A DNA stretch of 33,160 bases from a virus. Lineage: Duplodnaviria > Caudoviricetes. Within the stretch, counting starts at the first letter, position 1; each line of letters starts with the position of its first letter. The stretch lies in IMG/VR virus record IMGVR_UViG_3300011102_000489, positions 1 to 33,160 of that record; one strand, 5' to 3'. The notes under the pieces were generated by a model. The model was not told the origin of the DNA and did not search any database. It saw only the letters and a program-made list of their open reading frames with translations. The translations under genes and the position numbers were made by a program. Shown here one piece after another: positions 6,866-15,291 of this stretch.

Positions 6866-8974
6866 ATGGCAACCAAGCGGAAGCGCAAGAGCAAGAGCAA
6901 GAGCGCAAGTGCAGCTGTTGACCCACGCGCCTACGAGCTGGGTCTCGCGAAGCTCGAATCCTCCGGTCTGACTGAGGAGGACGCGAAAGAGCTGGGGATC
7001 GAATTCCTCTCACGCGAAGAGACGGCGGCGCTTGTCAAGACGAACGGCCCGCTCTGCGCGTTGAAGATCAACTACTTCAACCCGGTCGATGGGTCACCCC
7101 TCGAGGATTGGCCGAAGGCGCCGCCGTACTGGCGGTTGCGCTACCTCGAGCAGGGCCACGAATTCACTGACCAAGCGGACAAGAAGCCGCTGCGCTACGT
7201 GCAGCCGTTTGACACCGCGCCGGTCGCTTACTACCCGCGCAACCAAGACTGGTCCGAGCTGCTGGCCGAGCCGGCACCACTCATCATTACTGAGGGCGAG
7301 CTGAAGGCCGCCAAGGCGTGCAAGGAGGGCTTTCCCACCATCGGTCTCGGCGGCGTGGACTCCTTCGCAGCCAAGCGCATGGGCATCGTGTGGCTGAAGA
7401 GCCTCGACTTTCCCAACTGGGTGGGCAGGCACGTCTACATCTGCTTCGACTCGGACATGCGATCGAACCCCAACGTGCTTGGCGCCCTCGAGCGACTGGC
7501 CGAGGAGCTGGAGCGGCGTGGCGCGCATCCCTACGTGGTCATCTTGCCGGAGCTCGAGGGGCCGGGGACCAAGATCGGCCTCGACGACTTCCTCGTTCAC
7601 GAGCATGGCGGACCCGACGAGTTCGCCGCGTTGCTTTCCGAGGCAGAGCCGCTGGGCTTGTCGCGGGCGTTGTTCCACCTGAACGAGCGCTACGTGTACG
7701 TCGCCGACCCCGGCTTGATCGTCAACGACAAGACGAACGCGAAGCACTCGCCCGGCGCCTTCAAGGAGCACGTGGAGGCGCCAGCGGTGTTCATCGCCCG
7801 CGAGTTCGATCAGCAGGGAAACCTCAGGACGAAGACCACGTCGGCTGCTGCCGCGTGGATCAAGTGGCCGCTGCGCCGCGCCGTCGACAAGCTCACGTAT
7901 GCGCCAGGCAAGGACAAGTTCCTGAACAACGGCGTGACCATGTACAACATGTGGCAGGGCTGGGGCGTCGAGCCGCGCGAGGGCGACTGCTCGTTGTTCC
8001 TCGACCTTGTCGACCACCTGTTCACCGGCGCTGAACCCGGCGCGAAGGAGTGGTTCCTCAAGTGGTGCGCGTACCCGCTGCAGTACCCGGGCGTGAAGCT
8101 CTTCTCAGACGTGCTGATCTACGGCCGCAAGCACGGTACCGGCAAGTCGCTGATCGGCTACACCCTGGGTCGAATCTACGGCAAGAACTTCACGGAAATC
8201 AGGCAGAAGAACCTGCACGAGAACCATAACGAGTGGGCTGAGAACAAGCAGTTCGTCATGGGCGACGACATCACCGGGTCGAACAGGCGCGAGGACAACG
8301 ACCTGCTGAAGAACCTCGTCACGCAGCGTGAAATCCGCTTGAATCCGAAGTATATCCCGTCCTACACCGTGCCGGACGTGATCAACTACTTCTTCACGGC
8401 GAACAACCCCGACACCTTCTTCATGGATGACGACGACCGTCGCCACTTCATCCACGAGGTCAAGGTCGGCCCGCTGCCGGAGGAGTTCTATGTCGAGTAC
8501 GACCTGTGGCTCGACTCGGGCGGCGCGTCCGCGTTGTTCCACTACCTGCTGCATCTCGACACGAGCGACTTCAACCCGGCGGCACGTGCGTTCGAGACGC
8601 AGGCGAAGAAGCGCATGATCAGCGACACGCAGTCCGACCTCGGCGCGTGGGTGCGGCGCCTCATCGAGGATCCTGACTCGGTGCTGCGCGTCGGCAACGT
8701 GAAGCTCAAGAAGGACCTGTACTCGAACCGCGAGCTGCTGGAGCTCTACGACCCCGAGCGGCGAACAGGCACGACGGCGAACGGCCTGGGTCGCGAGCTG
8801 CGACGCGCAGGGATCGACATGGTCAACGAGGGCAAGACGGTTCGGCTGCCTGACGGCAGCGAGCGCCTGTACGCGGTGCGCAACGCAGAGCGTTGGATCC
8901 ACGCGAGCATCGATGAGGTGGTGCAGCATGTCGTGGGCGCGACGAAGCCGAAGGCCAAGGGCGCGAAGTACTAA
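6866..8974 (+). CDS. Primase-helicase (DUF3854/Toprim N-terminus plus SF3/D5-like helicase)
   Basis: Toprim motifs IITEGELKA, ICFDSD, KIGLDDFL; Walker A GRKHGTGKS, Walker B VMGDD, FTANN motif C, DDRR. Start ATG 6866 (702 aa). Confidence 0.9.
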   Translation: MATKRKRKSKSKSASAAVDPRAYELGLAKLESSGLTEEDAKELGIEFLSREETAALVKTNGPLCALKINYFNPVDGSPLEDWPKAPPYWRLRYLEQGHEFTDQADKKPLRYVQPFDTAPVAYYPRNQDWSELLAEPAPLIITEGELKAAKACKEGFPTIGLGGVDSFAAKRMGIVWLKSLDFPNWVGRHVYICFDSDMRSNPNVLGALERLAEELERRGAHPYVVILPELEGPGTKIGLDDFLVHEHGGPDEFAALLSEAEPLGLSRALFHLNERYVYVADPGLIVNDKTNAKHSPGAFKEHVEAPAVFIAREFDQQGNLRTKTTSAAAAWIKWPLRRAVDKLTYAPGKDKFLNNGVTMYNMWQGWGVEPREGDCSLFLDLVDHLFTGAEPGAKEWFLKWCAYPLQYPGVKLFSDVLIYGRKHGTGKSLIGYTLGRIYGKNFTEIRQKNLHENHNEWAENKQFVMGDDITGSNRREDNDLLKNLVTQREIRLNPKYIPSYTVPDVINYFFTANNPDTFFMDDDDRRHFIHEVKVGPLPEEFYVEYDLWLDSGGASALFHYLLHLDTSDFNPAARAFETQAKKRMISDTQSDLGAWVRRLIEDPDSVLRVGNVKLKKDLYSNRELLELYDPERRTGTTANGLGRELRRAGIDMVNEGKTVRLPDGSERLYAVRNAERWIHASIDEVVQHVVGATKPKAKGAKY

Positions 8975-9011
8975 ATTCACTATTTACAACGCTTTCGAGA
9001 AGCTCTCTAAT
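8972..9011 (+). promoter_or_regulatory. Sigma70-like early promoter with operator-like motif
   Basis: TAAATT-cactat-TTACAA; -35 TTTACA-N17-TCTAAT. Confidence 0.6.
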
Positions 9012-9064
9012 GGGCCTCGATTCAACGGAGCCGGCCGAACCGGTATATACTGAGGAGAAGTGTC

Positions 9065-9289
9065 ATGGCGAAGGTGATCACGAAGGAAGACCTGGCGAAC
9101 GCGACCGCGACCGCCAAGGACAAGGGCTACGCCCAGGGCGCGAAGGCCGCCACGAAGAACGCTGTCGACCAGCTGAAGGCCGAGATCGCTCGCGTCAAGC
9201 AGTCCGACCTGAGCAAGGCCGAGCAGAAGGCCGCCATCGCCGCGCTGAAGAACGCCGCGGCCGCGGTCAAGTCGCCGATCGGCGCCTGA
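9065..9289 (+). CDS. Small Ala/Lys-rich hypothetical protein (74 aa)
   Basis: SD CTGAGGAG, own promoter and downstream terminator, strongly biased codons. Confidence 0.8.
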   Translation: MAKVITKEDLANATATAKDKGYAQGAKAATKNAVDQLKAEIARVKQSDLSKAEQKAAIAALKNAAAAVKSPIGA

Positions 9290-9317
9290 TCAGCGGGCCA
9301 GGACTGCACTACCCACG

Positions 9318-9355
9318 AACCCGCTTAGGCACCAGCCCTGGCGGGTTTGTTCTTT
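9318..9355 (+). terminator. Rho-independent terminator (probable)
   Basis: AACCCGC...GCGGGTT stem followed by TGTTCTTT. Confidence 0.55.
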
Positions 9356-9378
9356 CAAGACCAAGCAACGAGGTTAAC

Positions 9379-9678
<300 letters not shown>

Positions 9679-9740
9679 CCTCGGCCTTGAACTGAACTAA
9701 GGGTCGCGTCGCCTAGTGCGGCGCGACCTCGGAGGTAGCC

Positions 9741-9920
9741 ATGAAAGAATCGATGATTCTCGGCACGCTCGTGCGCCTGAAGCAACCGCAGCGCGACGAG
9801 CTGCAGCGGCAGGTAGATGAGTTCCACGCCAAGGGCGGCAAGACGCAATACCTCGAACCCGGTGACGCCAGCGGCACCACGATAATGGTCCACCACAGCC
9901 GACGGAGGAAGAGGAAATGA
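9741..9920 (+). CDS. SutA RNAP-binding-domain-like protein (59 aa)
   Basis: SD GGAGGT; MKESMILGTLVRLKQPQRDELQRQVDEFHAKGGKTQYLEPGDASG...RRRKRK*, resembling the SutA core KQKERDALAKAMEEFLSRGGKVQEIEPN. Below the ORF-track cutoff. Confidence 0.65.
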   Translation: MKESMILGTLVRLKQPQRDELQRQVDEFHAKGGKTQYLEPGDASGTTIMVHHSRRRKRK

Positions 9921-10252
9921 TCACACGGCGACCGGGTCACCTTAGCCAAGCGGACCGCGACGCGTTCAAGGTCCTTGGGCTCGAGGAGGACCCAGATTCC
10001 TACGAGGTCCAGACGGTCGACGCCCGCTGGCGTGAGCTGAGGACTCAGCTGCACCCCGACAAGCCGACTGGAGACGCGGTGAAGTTCGACGAGGCTCGCA
10101 AAGCCTACCAAGCCGCGCGCTTCTACGCTCTCGAGCCGAAGCCCTGCAACGAGTGCAAGGGCAGTGGCAAGGTCGAGAGGACCAACCGCAACCCGCTGCT
10201 GGCGCCGATGCTGGTGAACTGCAGCGCGTGCCGCGGGAGTGGGCTGAGATGA
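9917..10252 (+). CDS. J-domain protein with DnaJ-type Zn-finger repeats
   Basis: FKVLGL...LHPDK...FDEARKAY J-domain with HPD; CNECKGSG and CSACRGSG (CxxCxGxG). Confidence 0.85.
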   Translation: MITRRPGHLSQADRDAFKVLGLEEDPDSYEVQTVDARWRELRTQLHPDKPTGDAVKFDEARKAYQAARFYALEPKPCNECKGSGKVERTNRNPLLAPMLVNCSACRGSGLR

Positions 10253-10371
10253 GCGCGCTCCTCAAGGTCGTCGCGATCGACGTGGCGCTCAGCCTAGCCA
10301 TCGGAGGTTGGTACGCGTGGAGACAGGTCAACCGGCGCAGCCTGATGCGTGAGCTGGAGGACATGAAATGA
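10249..10371 (+). CDS. Small membrane protein (40 aa)
   Basis: ATGA coupling at both ends; one hydrophobic helix. Confidence 0.6.
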   Translation: MSALLKVVAIDVALSLAIGGWYAWRQVNRRSLMRELEDMK

Positions 10372-10511
10372 ACCTCAGTGACAGCAAGGTCCGCAAGATT
10401 GTCAACAAGGCCGCCGAGCGGGCGAGGCGCGAGACGCCAAAACCGCGTATGCTCACGTGGTGTTTGCGTCAAGTGCTCCACCACAACTATGGCTGGCGCC
10501 CGTACTACTGA
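10368..10511 (+). CDS. Small basic hypothetical protein (47 aa)
   Basis: ATGA overlap, SD GGAGG; MNLSDSKVRKIVNKAAERARRETPKPRMLTWCLRQVLHHNYGWRPYY*. Confidence 0.6.
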   Translation: MNLSDSKVRKIVNKAAERARRETPKPRMLTWCLRQVLHHNYGWRPYY

Positions 10512-10543
10512 CTCACCAACCTAACTGCCGAGGAGGGCTCATC

Positions 10544-10837
10544 GTGGATTTTCTGCACGACTTTGGCTGCGGCCTGCTGATGCTGTTCGTCGCTTTCATC
10601 TGCTACGACTGGGCGAGTAGTTGGTGGCACCGCCGTCGCAACGGCCCCTGCGCCGGTCCGGCCGTCTGGCACAAGCCGAAAGGCAAGGTGGCCCCGCCGG
10701 TCTGGCGTGATGCCTACACCGGCTACAAGGTTTGGACCTGGTTCGTGCGCATCCTCGTTTGGTGCATCGCCTTCTGGCATTTGTGCCTCGCGCTGCTCTG
10801 GTTCGTCGAGCTCGCGTTTGCGATCAGCGTTTCATGA
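10544..10837 (+). CDS. Two-TM membrane protein (97 aa)
   Basis: GTG after AGGAGG; two hydrophobic Trp/Cys-rich segments. Confidence 0.65.
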   Translation: MDFLHDFGCGLLMLFVAFICYDWASSWWHRRRNGPCAGPAVWHKPKGKVAPPVWRDAYTGYKVWTWFVRILVWCIAFWHLCLALLWFVELAFAISVS

Positions 10838-10929
10838 ATTCAGCTCTTCTGCCTCGGCACCACGGCGCTGGGTGCGTCGAGGCATCCTCTCTACCTGCGC
10901 CGCGATCAACCACTGGAGCACTACCAACC

Positions 10930-11127
10930 ATGAGCCAAGAACTGAACCAGCTGAAGGCGCAGCGACTGATGCTGGTCGGCGCCCTCAGCGAAGACCCCGA
11001 CGCCAAGGCCCTCGTTGACGCGGCTTACGCCGAGTTGAAGGCGGTGGCCGACAAGCACGAGGACGCAGGCATGCTGGCGGTCACGATCCTCACCCTCGAC
11101 GTCGCCATCAAGAACGCGGAGACCTGA
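10930..11127 (+). CDS. Hypothetical protein (65 aa)
   Basis: ATG after GGAG; MSQELNQLKAQRLMLV..., good codon bias. Confidence 0.7.
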   Translation: MSQELNQLKAQRLMLVGALSEDPDAKALVDAAYAELKAVADKHEDAGMLAVTILTLDVAIKNAET

Positions 11128-11128
11128 C

Positions 11129-11728
11129 ATGATCCCCACTCTCGAAGACATCATCCGCGGCCTGCTCGACGGCACCATCACGCCGGAGCAGGCGAGGCAC
11201 TACCTGAAGTGCCACGAAGACCTGCAGGCTGAGGTCGACTCCGTGAGCAACATGCCGTACGCGCGGGTGCAGTGCCTCGTCGACATCGTCAAGAAGTGCG
11301 AGGAGCAGGACCTGCGTTGGGGGCCGCGCACCTACCCGTCGTTCAACGCCCAGCTGGCCGCCTGCGCCGACACCACGCCGATCGACCTGGCCGGGTACCA
11401 CGAGATCCCGGATCCTCGTCGCGCCCGACTGACGACGGCCGCCCGCGGTGAAGAGCTGTCGTGGCTCGACATCCTCGTGGAGGAGGTGTCGAAGACGACG
11501 GAGCACCTCGACAACGTGGGCAAATTGCGTGACCAGCTGATCGACGTGGCTGGCGTGGCAATCCAGTGGGCGGCGCAGCTGACCCCGGACCCGCAGATCG
11601 ACCTCGAGTTCACCAACAACGCAGACGGGACGGCCTCGGTGACTGCGCACGTCACCGTGGATCCTGACCACGAGGGGCCCAATCGCGGGCCGGTCACGCC
11701 TGACACCGTCGGAGGCGGCGATGTCTGA
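11129..11728 (+). CDS. Protein with degenerate MazG-like helical domain
   Basis: WLDILVEEVSK...LRDQLIDVAGVAIQW resembles phage MazG-like EEVGE...EELxQVAAVA, but acidic ligands are substituted. Confidence 0.55.
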   Translation: MIPTLEDIIRGLLDGTITPEQARHYLKCHEDLQAEVDSVSNMPYARVQCLVDIVKKCEEQDLRWGPRTYPSFNAQLAACADTTPIDLAGYHEIPDPRRARLTTAARGEELSWLDILVEEVSKTTEHLDNVGKLRDQLIDVAGVAIQWAAQLTPDPQIDLEFTNNADGTASVTAHVTVDPDHEGPNRGPVTPDTVGGGDV

Positions 11729-11933
11729 TGACGCTGAGGTCCATGTCGAGAAGCGCGAGGGCGCGAGGTTCCGGGAGGAGGTGATCACGGTCAAGACGAC
11801 GTGGAACTTCACCGGCCAGGTTGAGCAGCTGGTCATGGCGCCGACGGGTGTGATGCAGAAGCGGGTGCTTGACACGATGGAGCGGCAGGCACGCGAAGCC
11901 CTCATCGCGCTGGGTTGGACACCGCCGAAGTAA
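11721..11933 (+). CDS. Hypothetical protein (70 aa)
   Basis: SD GGAGG, overlaps the previous stop, ends LIALGWTPPK. Confidence 0.7.
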   Translation: MSDDAEVHVEKREGARFREEVITVKTTWNFTGQVEQLVMAPTGVMQKRVLDTMERQAREALIALGWTPPK

Positions 11934-11970
11934 TTGCACATTTACAAGACCTGTCGGGCCGGGCTACGAT
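11930..11970 (+). promoter_or_regulatory. Sigma70-like promoter with dyad operator
   Basis: GTAATT-gcacat-TTACAA; TTTACA-N18-TACGAT; downstream RBS TTGCTGAGGAGG. Confidence 0.6.
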
Positions 11971-12003
11971 GCAGCCTGGTCCATCTTGCTGAGGAGGTTC
12001 ACA

Positions 12004-12312
12004 GTGGCTATCATCAAACGCGATGACGACGCGGCTCGTCTCGCTGAAATCAAGCGGCGCAACGCACGGGCGAAGCTGGCTGTGGTCGAGGTCAAATTCC
12101 ATGACCAGCACCAAGACTTCCTATGGTGGAAGCTCGACGCCCAAGGCAACGTCGTTGACTGCGGACCGTTCCAGTACGACATCTGGACACGCGGCCGCGT
12201 TACCAACTTCACCGAACTTCGGGTCGGCGGCCAAGTGGTCTTCGAGTCCGAGACCGTCGGCCGTGAGATGGTGATCAAGTATCCGATCCGTCAGCTGAGG
12301 CAGCTGCGATGA
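12004..12312 (+). CDS. Hypothetical protein (102 aa)
   Basis: GTG after GAGGAGG; FHDQHQDFLWW...DCGPFQ core. Confidence 0.75.
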   Translation: MAIIKRDDDAARLAEIKRRNARAKLAVVEVKFHDQHQDFLWWKLDAQGNVVDCGPFQYDIWTRGRVTNFTELRVGGQVVFESETVGREMVIKYPIRQLRQLR

Positions 12313-12551
12313 CCCGCCGTGGCAAGAAGCTCGCTGAGGAGCGGGCGTTTGGCCGCCGTGATCACGATGGCCACGTCAGGCGCATGGCCGAGAGCCTACG
12401 CATCGAGCGCGTGCGCAAGTGGATCTTCGTCGGCTGGACTGGTCCGTTCAACCTCATCCCGCGGTGGAAGCACGTCATCGTCGGGTATCGCTACTACGAC
12501 CAAAACGGGCGTCGCGTGTTGATGCCACGGAGGATGAAAGATGAAGACTGA
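12309..12551 (+). CDS. Basic hypothetical protein (80 aa)
   Basis: ATGA coupling to the upstream gene; overlaps the downstream start. Confidence 0.65.
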   Translation: MTRRGKKLAEERAFGRRDHDGHVRRMAESLRIERVRKWIFVGWTGPFNLIPRWKHVIVGYRYYDQNGRRVLMPRRMKDED

Positions 12552-13350
12552 GGTCAAGGTCATCGCTGACAGCGTGTCGCTGGACGGCGCCCGCCTGACG
12601 ACGTTGCAGGTCTGCTTTCCGAGGTTCATCCTCGCGGAGGTCAACACGCATCGCATGCTCAGCCGCAACTTCCGTAGCAGCCGCGCGGTGCCGGTGGCAA
12701 AGCTGATCGAGGAGGTGCGCACCTCGCCCTTCTTACCGTCGCAGTTCACGCGCAACCAGGCTGGCATGCAGGGCGGCGAAGCTCTGAGCGGCGACGAGCT
12801 TGCGCGGGCGGAGCAGGCGTGGCGCGAGGCGGCCGAGCTGGCGGCATACTACGCGGAGCTGTTGGTCGACGCCGGCGTGCACAAGCAGTACGCCAACCGC
12901 GTCCTCGAGCCCTACCTGTACGTGCACGGGGTCATTTCCGCCACGGACTGGGGCAACTTCTTCAACCTGCGCTGCCACAAGGACGCGCAGCCGGAGTTCC
13001 AGGAGTTGGCGTTCCTGATCCGCGAGGCGCTGAGTGCGTCGACCCCGAAGCTGGTGGGCTACGGCGAGTGGCACCTGCCTTACGTCTACGACCACGAGCG
13101 GAACACCTTCGATCTCGAGTACCTGAAGAAGATGAGTGCCGCGCGTTGTGCGTGGGTCAGCTACAGGCCATTCAGCGAGTCCGACGAAGCTGATCACCAC
13201 AAGATCAACCGCACCTTCAACAAGCTGGTCGGGGAGCCGATGCACGCGTCGCCGATGGAGCACGTGGCCACGCCTGGCAACACGCACCCGGCGAACTTCG
13301 TCGGTTGGTGCCAGTGGCGCCACTTTCTCGAGGAGGACCGTCGTGGGTAA
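12541..13350 (+). CDS. thyX: Flavin-dependent thymidylate synthase-like protein (ThyX/Thy1, phage type)
   Basis: NTHRMLSRNFRSSRAVP variant of the RHRx7S motif, HKQYANRVLEP, NFFNLRC..AQPEF, HASPMEH. Confidence 0.8.
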   Translation: MKTEVKVIADSVSLDGARLTTLQVCFPRFILAEVNTHRMLSRNFRSSRAVPVAKLIEEVRTSPFLPSQFTRNQAGMQGGEALSGDELARAEQAWREAAELAAYYAELLVDAGVHKQYANRVLEPYLYVHGVISATDWGNFFNLRCHKDAQPEFQELAFLIREALSASTPKLVGYGEWHLPYVYDHERNTFDLEYLKKMSAARCAWVSYRPFSESDEADHHKINRTFNKLVGEPMHASPMEHVATPGNTHPANFVGWCQWRHFLEEDRRG

Positions 13351-13612
13351 GAAGGACCAGAAGCGCAGGCCACAAAGGCCGGTGGTCATGGTCAGCCACA
13401 AGCCGTTGCCGCAGGAGAAGCCATGGTACGAGGTACTCGACATGGCGATCGAGCAACAGTTCCCCAGCGTGCGTGCCAACACTTACCTGTCGACGAAGGG
13501 GTATTGTACGTTCATCGCGATGAAGGACCAAAACGAACGCCTGACACCACGCCAGCGCCGGGTGATCAGCGCTTTCATCGCCGGCTTCATGGCGTGCGAG
13601 AGGAGCTACTAA
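13343..13612 (+). CDS. Hypothetical protein (89 aa)
   Basis: GTG after GAGGAGG, overlapping the thyX stop. Confidence 0.65.
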   Translation: MGKKDQKRRPQRPVVMVSHKPLPQEKPWYEVLDMAIEQQFPSVRANTYLSTKGYCTFIAMKDQNERLTPRQRRVISAFIAGFMACERSY

Positions 13613-13613
13613 G

Positions 13614-13859
13614 ATGGTCAAGAAGACAAAGAAAGTGAAAGTCAGCTTTCGGATCGAGGTCAAGGGCTACGTAGGCGGGACCTTCGAGCTTGACAAAGCG
13701 AAGTATGACGAACTCAGAGAGAAGTTCGAAGACAGCCCGCGCGGCTACGACGCAGAGGTGCTTGCGGAACAGGTCATGGACCTGAGCAAGATCGACCTCA
13801 GGTTCTTGAACGTCGACGACATGGAGTTGGAAGAGTTCGACGAGGAGACCGACAGGTGA
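13614..13859 (+). CDS. Hypothetical protein (81 aa; basic N-terminus, acidic C-terminus)
   Basis: SD AGGAG; coupled to the ligase by GTGA. Confidence 0.7.
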   Translation: MVKKTKKVKVSFRIEVKGYVGGTFELDKAKYDELREKFEDSPRGYDAEVLAEQVMDLSKIDLRFLNVDDMELEEFDEETDR

Positions 13860-14758
13860 ACGACTTCAAGCCTATGTTGGCGGGCAAGGCGCCTGCCCTC
13901 AAGGACCTGCGCTACCCGGTCATGGCGTCACCCAAGCTCGACGGGGTGCGCGCCATCATCCGCTCAGGTCGGGTCCTCAGCCGCAACTTGCTCGAGATTC
14001 CGTGTCCGACCGTGCAGGAGCTCTTCGGTGACCCGCGGTTCGACGGGTTCGACGGCGAGCTGATCGTGGGACACCCCGCGGCGCCTGACGCGTTCCGCCG
14101 CACGAGCAGCATCGTCATGGGTCACGACCCGGTCGACATCCGCCTCACGCCGATCGTGTTCCACGTCTTTGACGACTGGTCGGAGGACGGTCCGTTCGAG
14201 CAGCGGCTCGCGGCGGTCCAGAAGCGGATCCGCAAGGGGTCGAAGATCTTCTCGGTCGTTGCCCACGCACGGCTGACCAACGCGGCCATGGTCGAGGCCT
14301 ATGAGGCGCTCTACGTCGGTGACGGCTACGAGGGCATCATGCTGCGCGACCCGCAGGGCAAGTACAAGTTCGGCCGCAGTACCACGAAGGAAGGTGGCTT
14401 GCTGAAGCTCAAGCGCTTCGACGACATGGAGGCGGAAATCATCGGCTTCAAGGAGCTGAGGCACAACGAGAACGAGGAGCGGACCGGTGGGCTGGCCAAG
14501 CGACGCAGCAGCCGGCAGGCTGGCAAGCGCGGCGGCCAGGTGCTCGGTGCGTTCCAAGTCAGAGGTCTCACCGGCCCATTCCAGGGTGTCGAGTTCGACG
14601 TCGGTACTGGTCTCTCTGCGGCCGACCGCGTCGCGTTCTGGGAGGCGCAGGGGAGACTCCTGGGCAAGATCCTGAAGTGCCGCTACTTCCCGCTGGGGTC
14701 CAAGGACAAGCCGCGTTTTCCGGTGTTCCAAGGCTTCCGCCACAAGGCGGACATGTAA
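13856..14758 (+). CDS. lig: ATP-dependent DNA ligase
   Basis: Motif I SPKLDGVR, III FDGEL, IIIa FHVFD, IV EGIMLR, V LLKLK, OB-domain VGTG and RFPVF. Confidence 0.95.
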   Translation: MNDFKPMLAGKAPALKDLRYPVMASPKLDGVRAIIRSGRVLSRNLLEIPCPTVQELFGDPRFDGFDGELIVGHPAAPDAFRRTSSIVMGHDPVDIRLTPIVFHVFDDWSEDGPFEQRLAAVQKRIRKGSKIFSVVAHARLTNAAMVEAYEALYVGDGYEGIMLRDPQGKYKFGRSTTKEGGLLKLKRFDDMEAEIIGFKELRHNENEERTGGLAKRRSSRQAGKRGGQVLGAFQVRGLTGPFQGVEFDVGTGLSAADRVAFWEAQGRLLGKILKCRYFPLGSKDKPRFPVFQGFRHKADM

Positions 14759-14794
14759 TTGACAGTTTACAAATCCGTGAAGTTGTGGTATAAT
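14754..14794 (+). promoter_or_regulatory. Strong sigma70 promoter with dyad operator
   Basis: TGTAA-N8-TTACA overlapping TTTACA-N17-TATAAT with extended -10 TG. Confidence 0.8.
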
Positions 14795-14849
14795 GCTCCT
14801 GTCGGCCACTGGAGTCGACGACGTTCTATCACAGCTGAGGAGATGCAAC

Positions 14850-15104
14850 GTGAGTGAGTACCACTGGTACGCCTCGACCTTTTGCAACTGGGTCTGTGCG
14901 GACACGAAGGAGGCGGCGATCAAGAAGCTCGCCCGCGTGAGCGGCAGCATGGTTGGCAAGGACGGGATTGACGCGCTGGTCTGCAAGGTACACCTGCCCA
15001 TCACGGCGCACTACCAGATCCGTGAGTACCTGCCATACGACGTGAAGCGCGATCCCGCGACGAAGGTCAGGATCGTGGATTCACGCGGCAAGTTCACCGA
15101 GTAA
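14850..15104 (+). CDS. Hypothetical early protein (84 aa)
   Basis: GTG after GCTGAGGAG; monocistronic between promoter and terminator. Confidence 0.75.
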   Translation: MSEYHWYASTFCNWVCADTKEAAIKKLARVSGSMVGKDGIDALVCKVHLPITAHYQIREYLPYDVKRDPATKVRIVDSRGKFTE

Positions 15105-15108
15105 CAAC

Positions 15109-15144
15109 AGGGCCAGGGTCTTCGGATCCTGGCCCTTTTCTTTG
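15109..15144 (+). terminator. Rho-independent terminator
   Basis: AGGGCCAGGGTC-TTCG-GATCCTGGCCCT with cUUCGg loop, followed by a T tract. Confidence 0.9.
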
Positions 15145-15147
15145 TTC

Positions 15148-15187
15148 GTAAGTCACTATTTTCGAGCTAGCCAGCTCGTAGTAGAGT
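15148..15187 (+). promoter_or_regulatory. Possible promoter of the replication operon
   Basis: GTAAGT-cactat-TTTCGA (degenerate operator); TTTTCG-N17-TAGAGT. Confidence 0.4.
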
Positions 15188-15235
15188 AGGACTGCCCGGC
15201 AATTCCGCTGGGCACATCATGCTGAGGAGAAGCAC

Positions 15236-15286
15236 ATGATCAAGCAGTTGTTGAAGCTGATGCTCGGCCCCATGCAGAGGCGCTGA
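15236..15286 (+). CDS. 16-aa micropeptide or leader peptide
   Basis: Strong RBS TGCTGAGGAG followed by MIKQLLKLMLGPMQRR*. Confidence 0.45.
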   Translation: MIKQLLKLMLGPMQRR

Positions 15287-15291
15287 TCGAC

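Noticed and set aside
9010-9378. 5' extension of the 222-aa ORF
   Set aside because: It overlaps the 74-aa gene and a terminator; the likely real start is ATG 9379.
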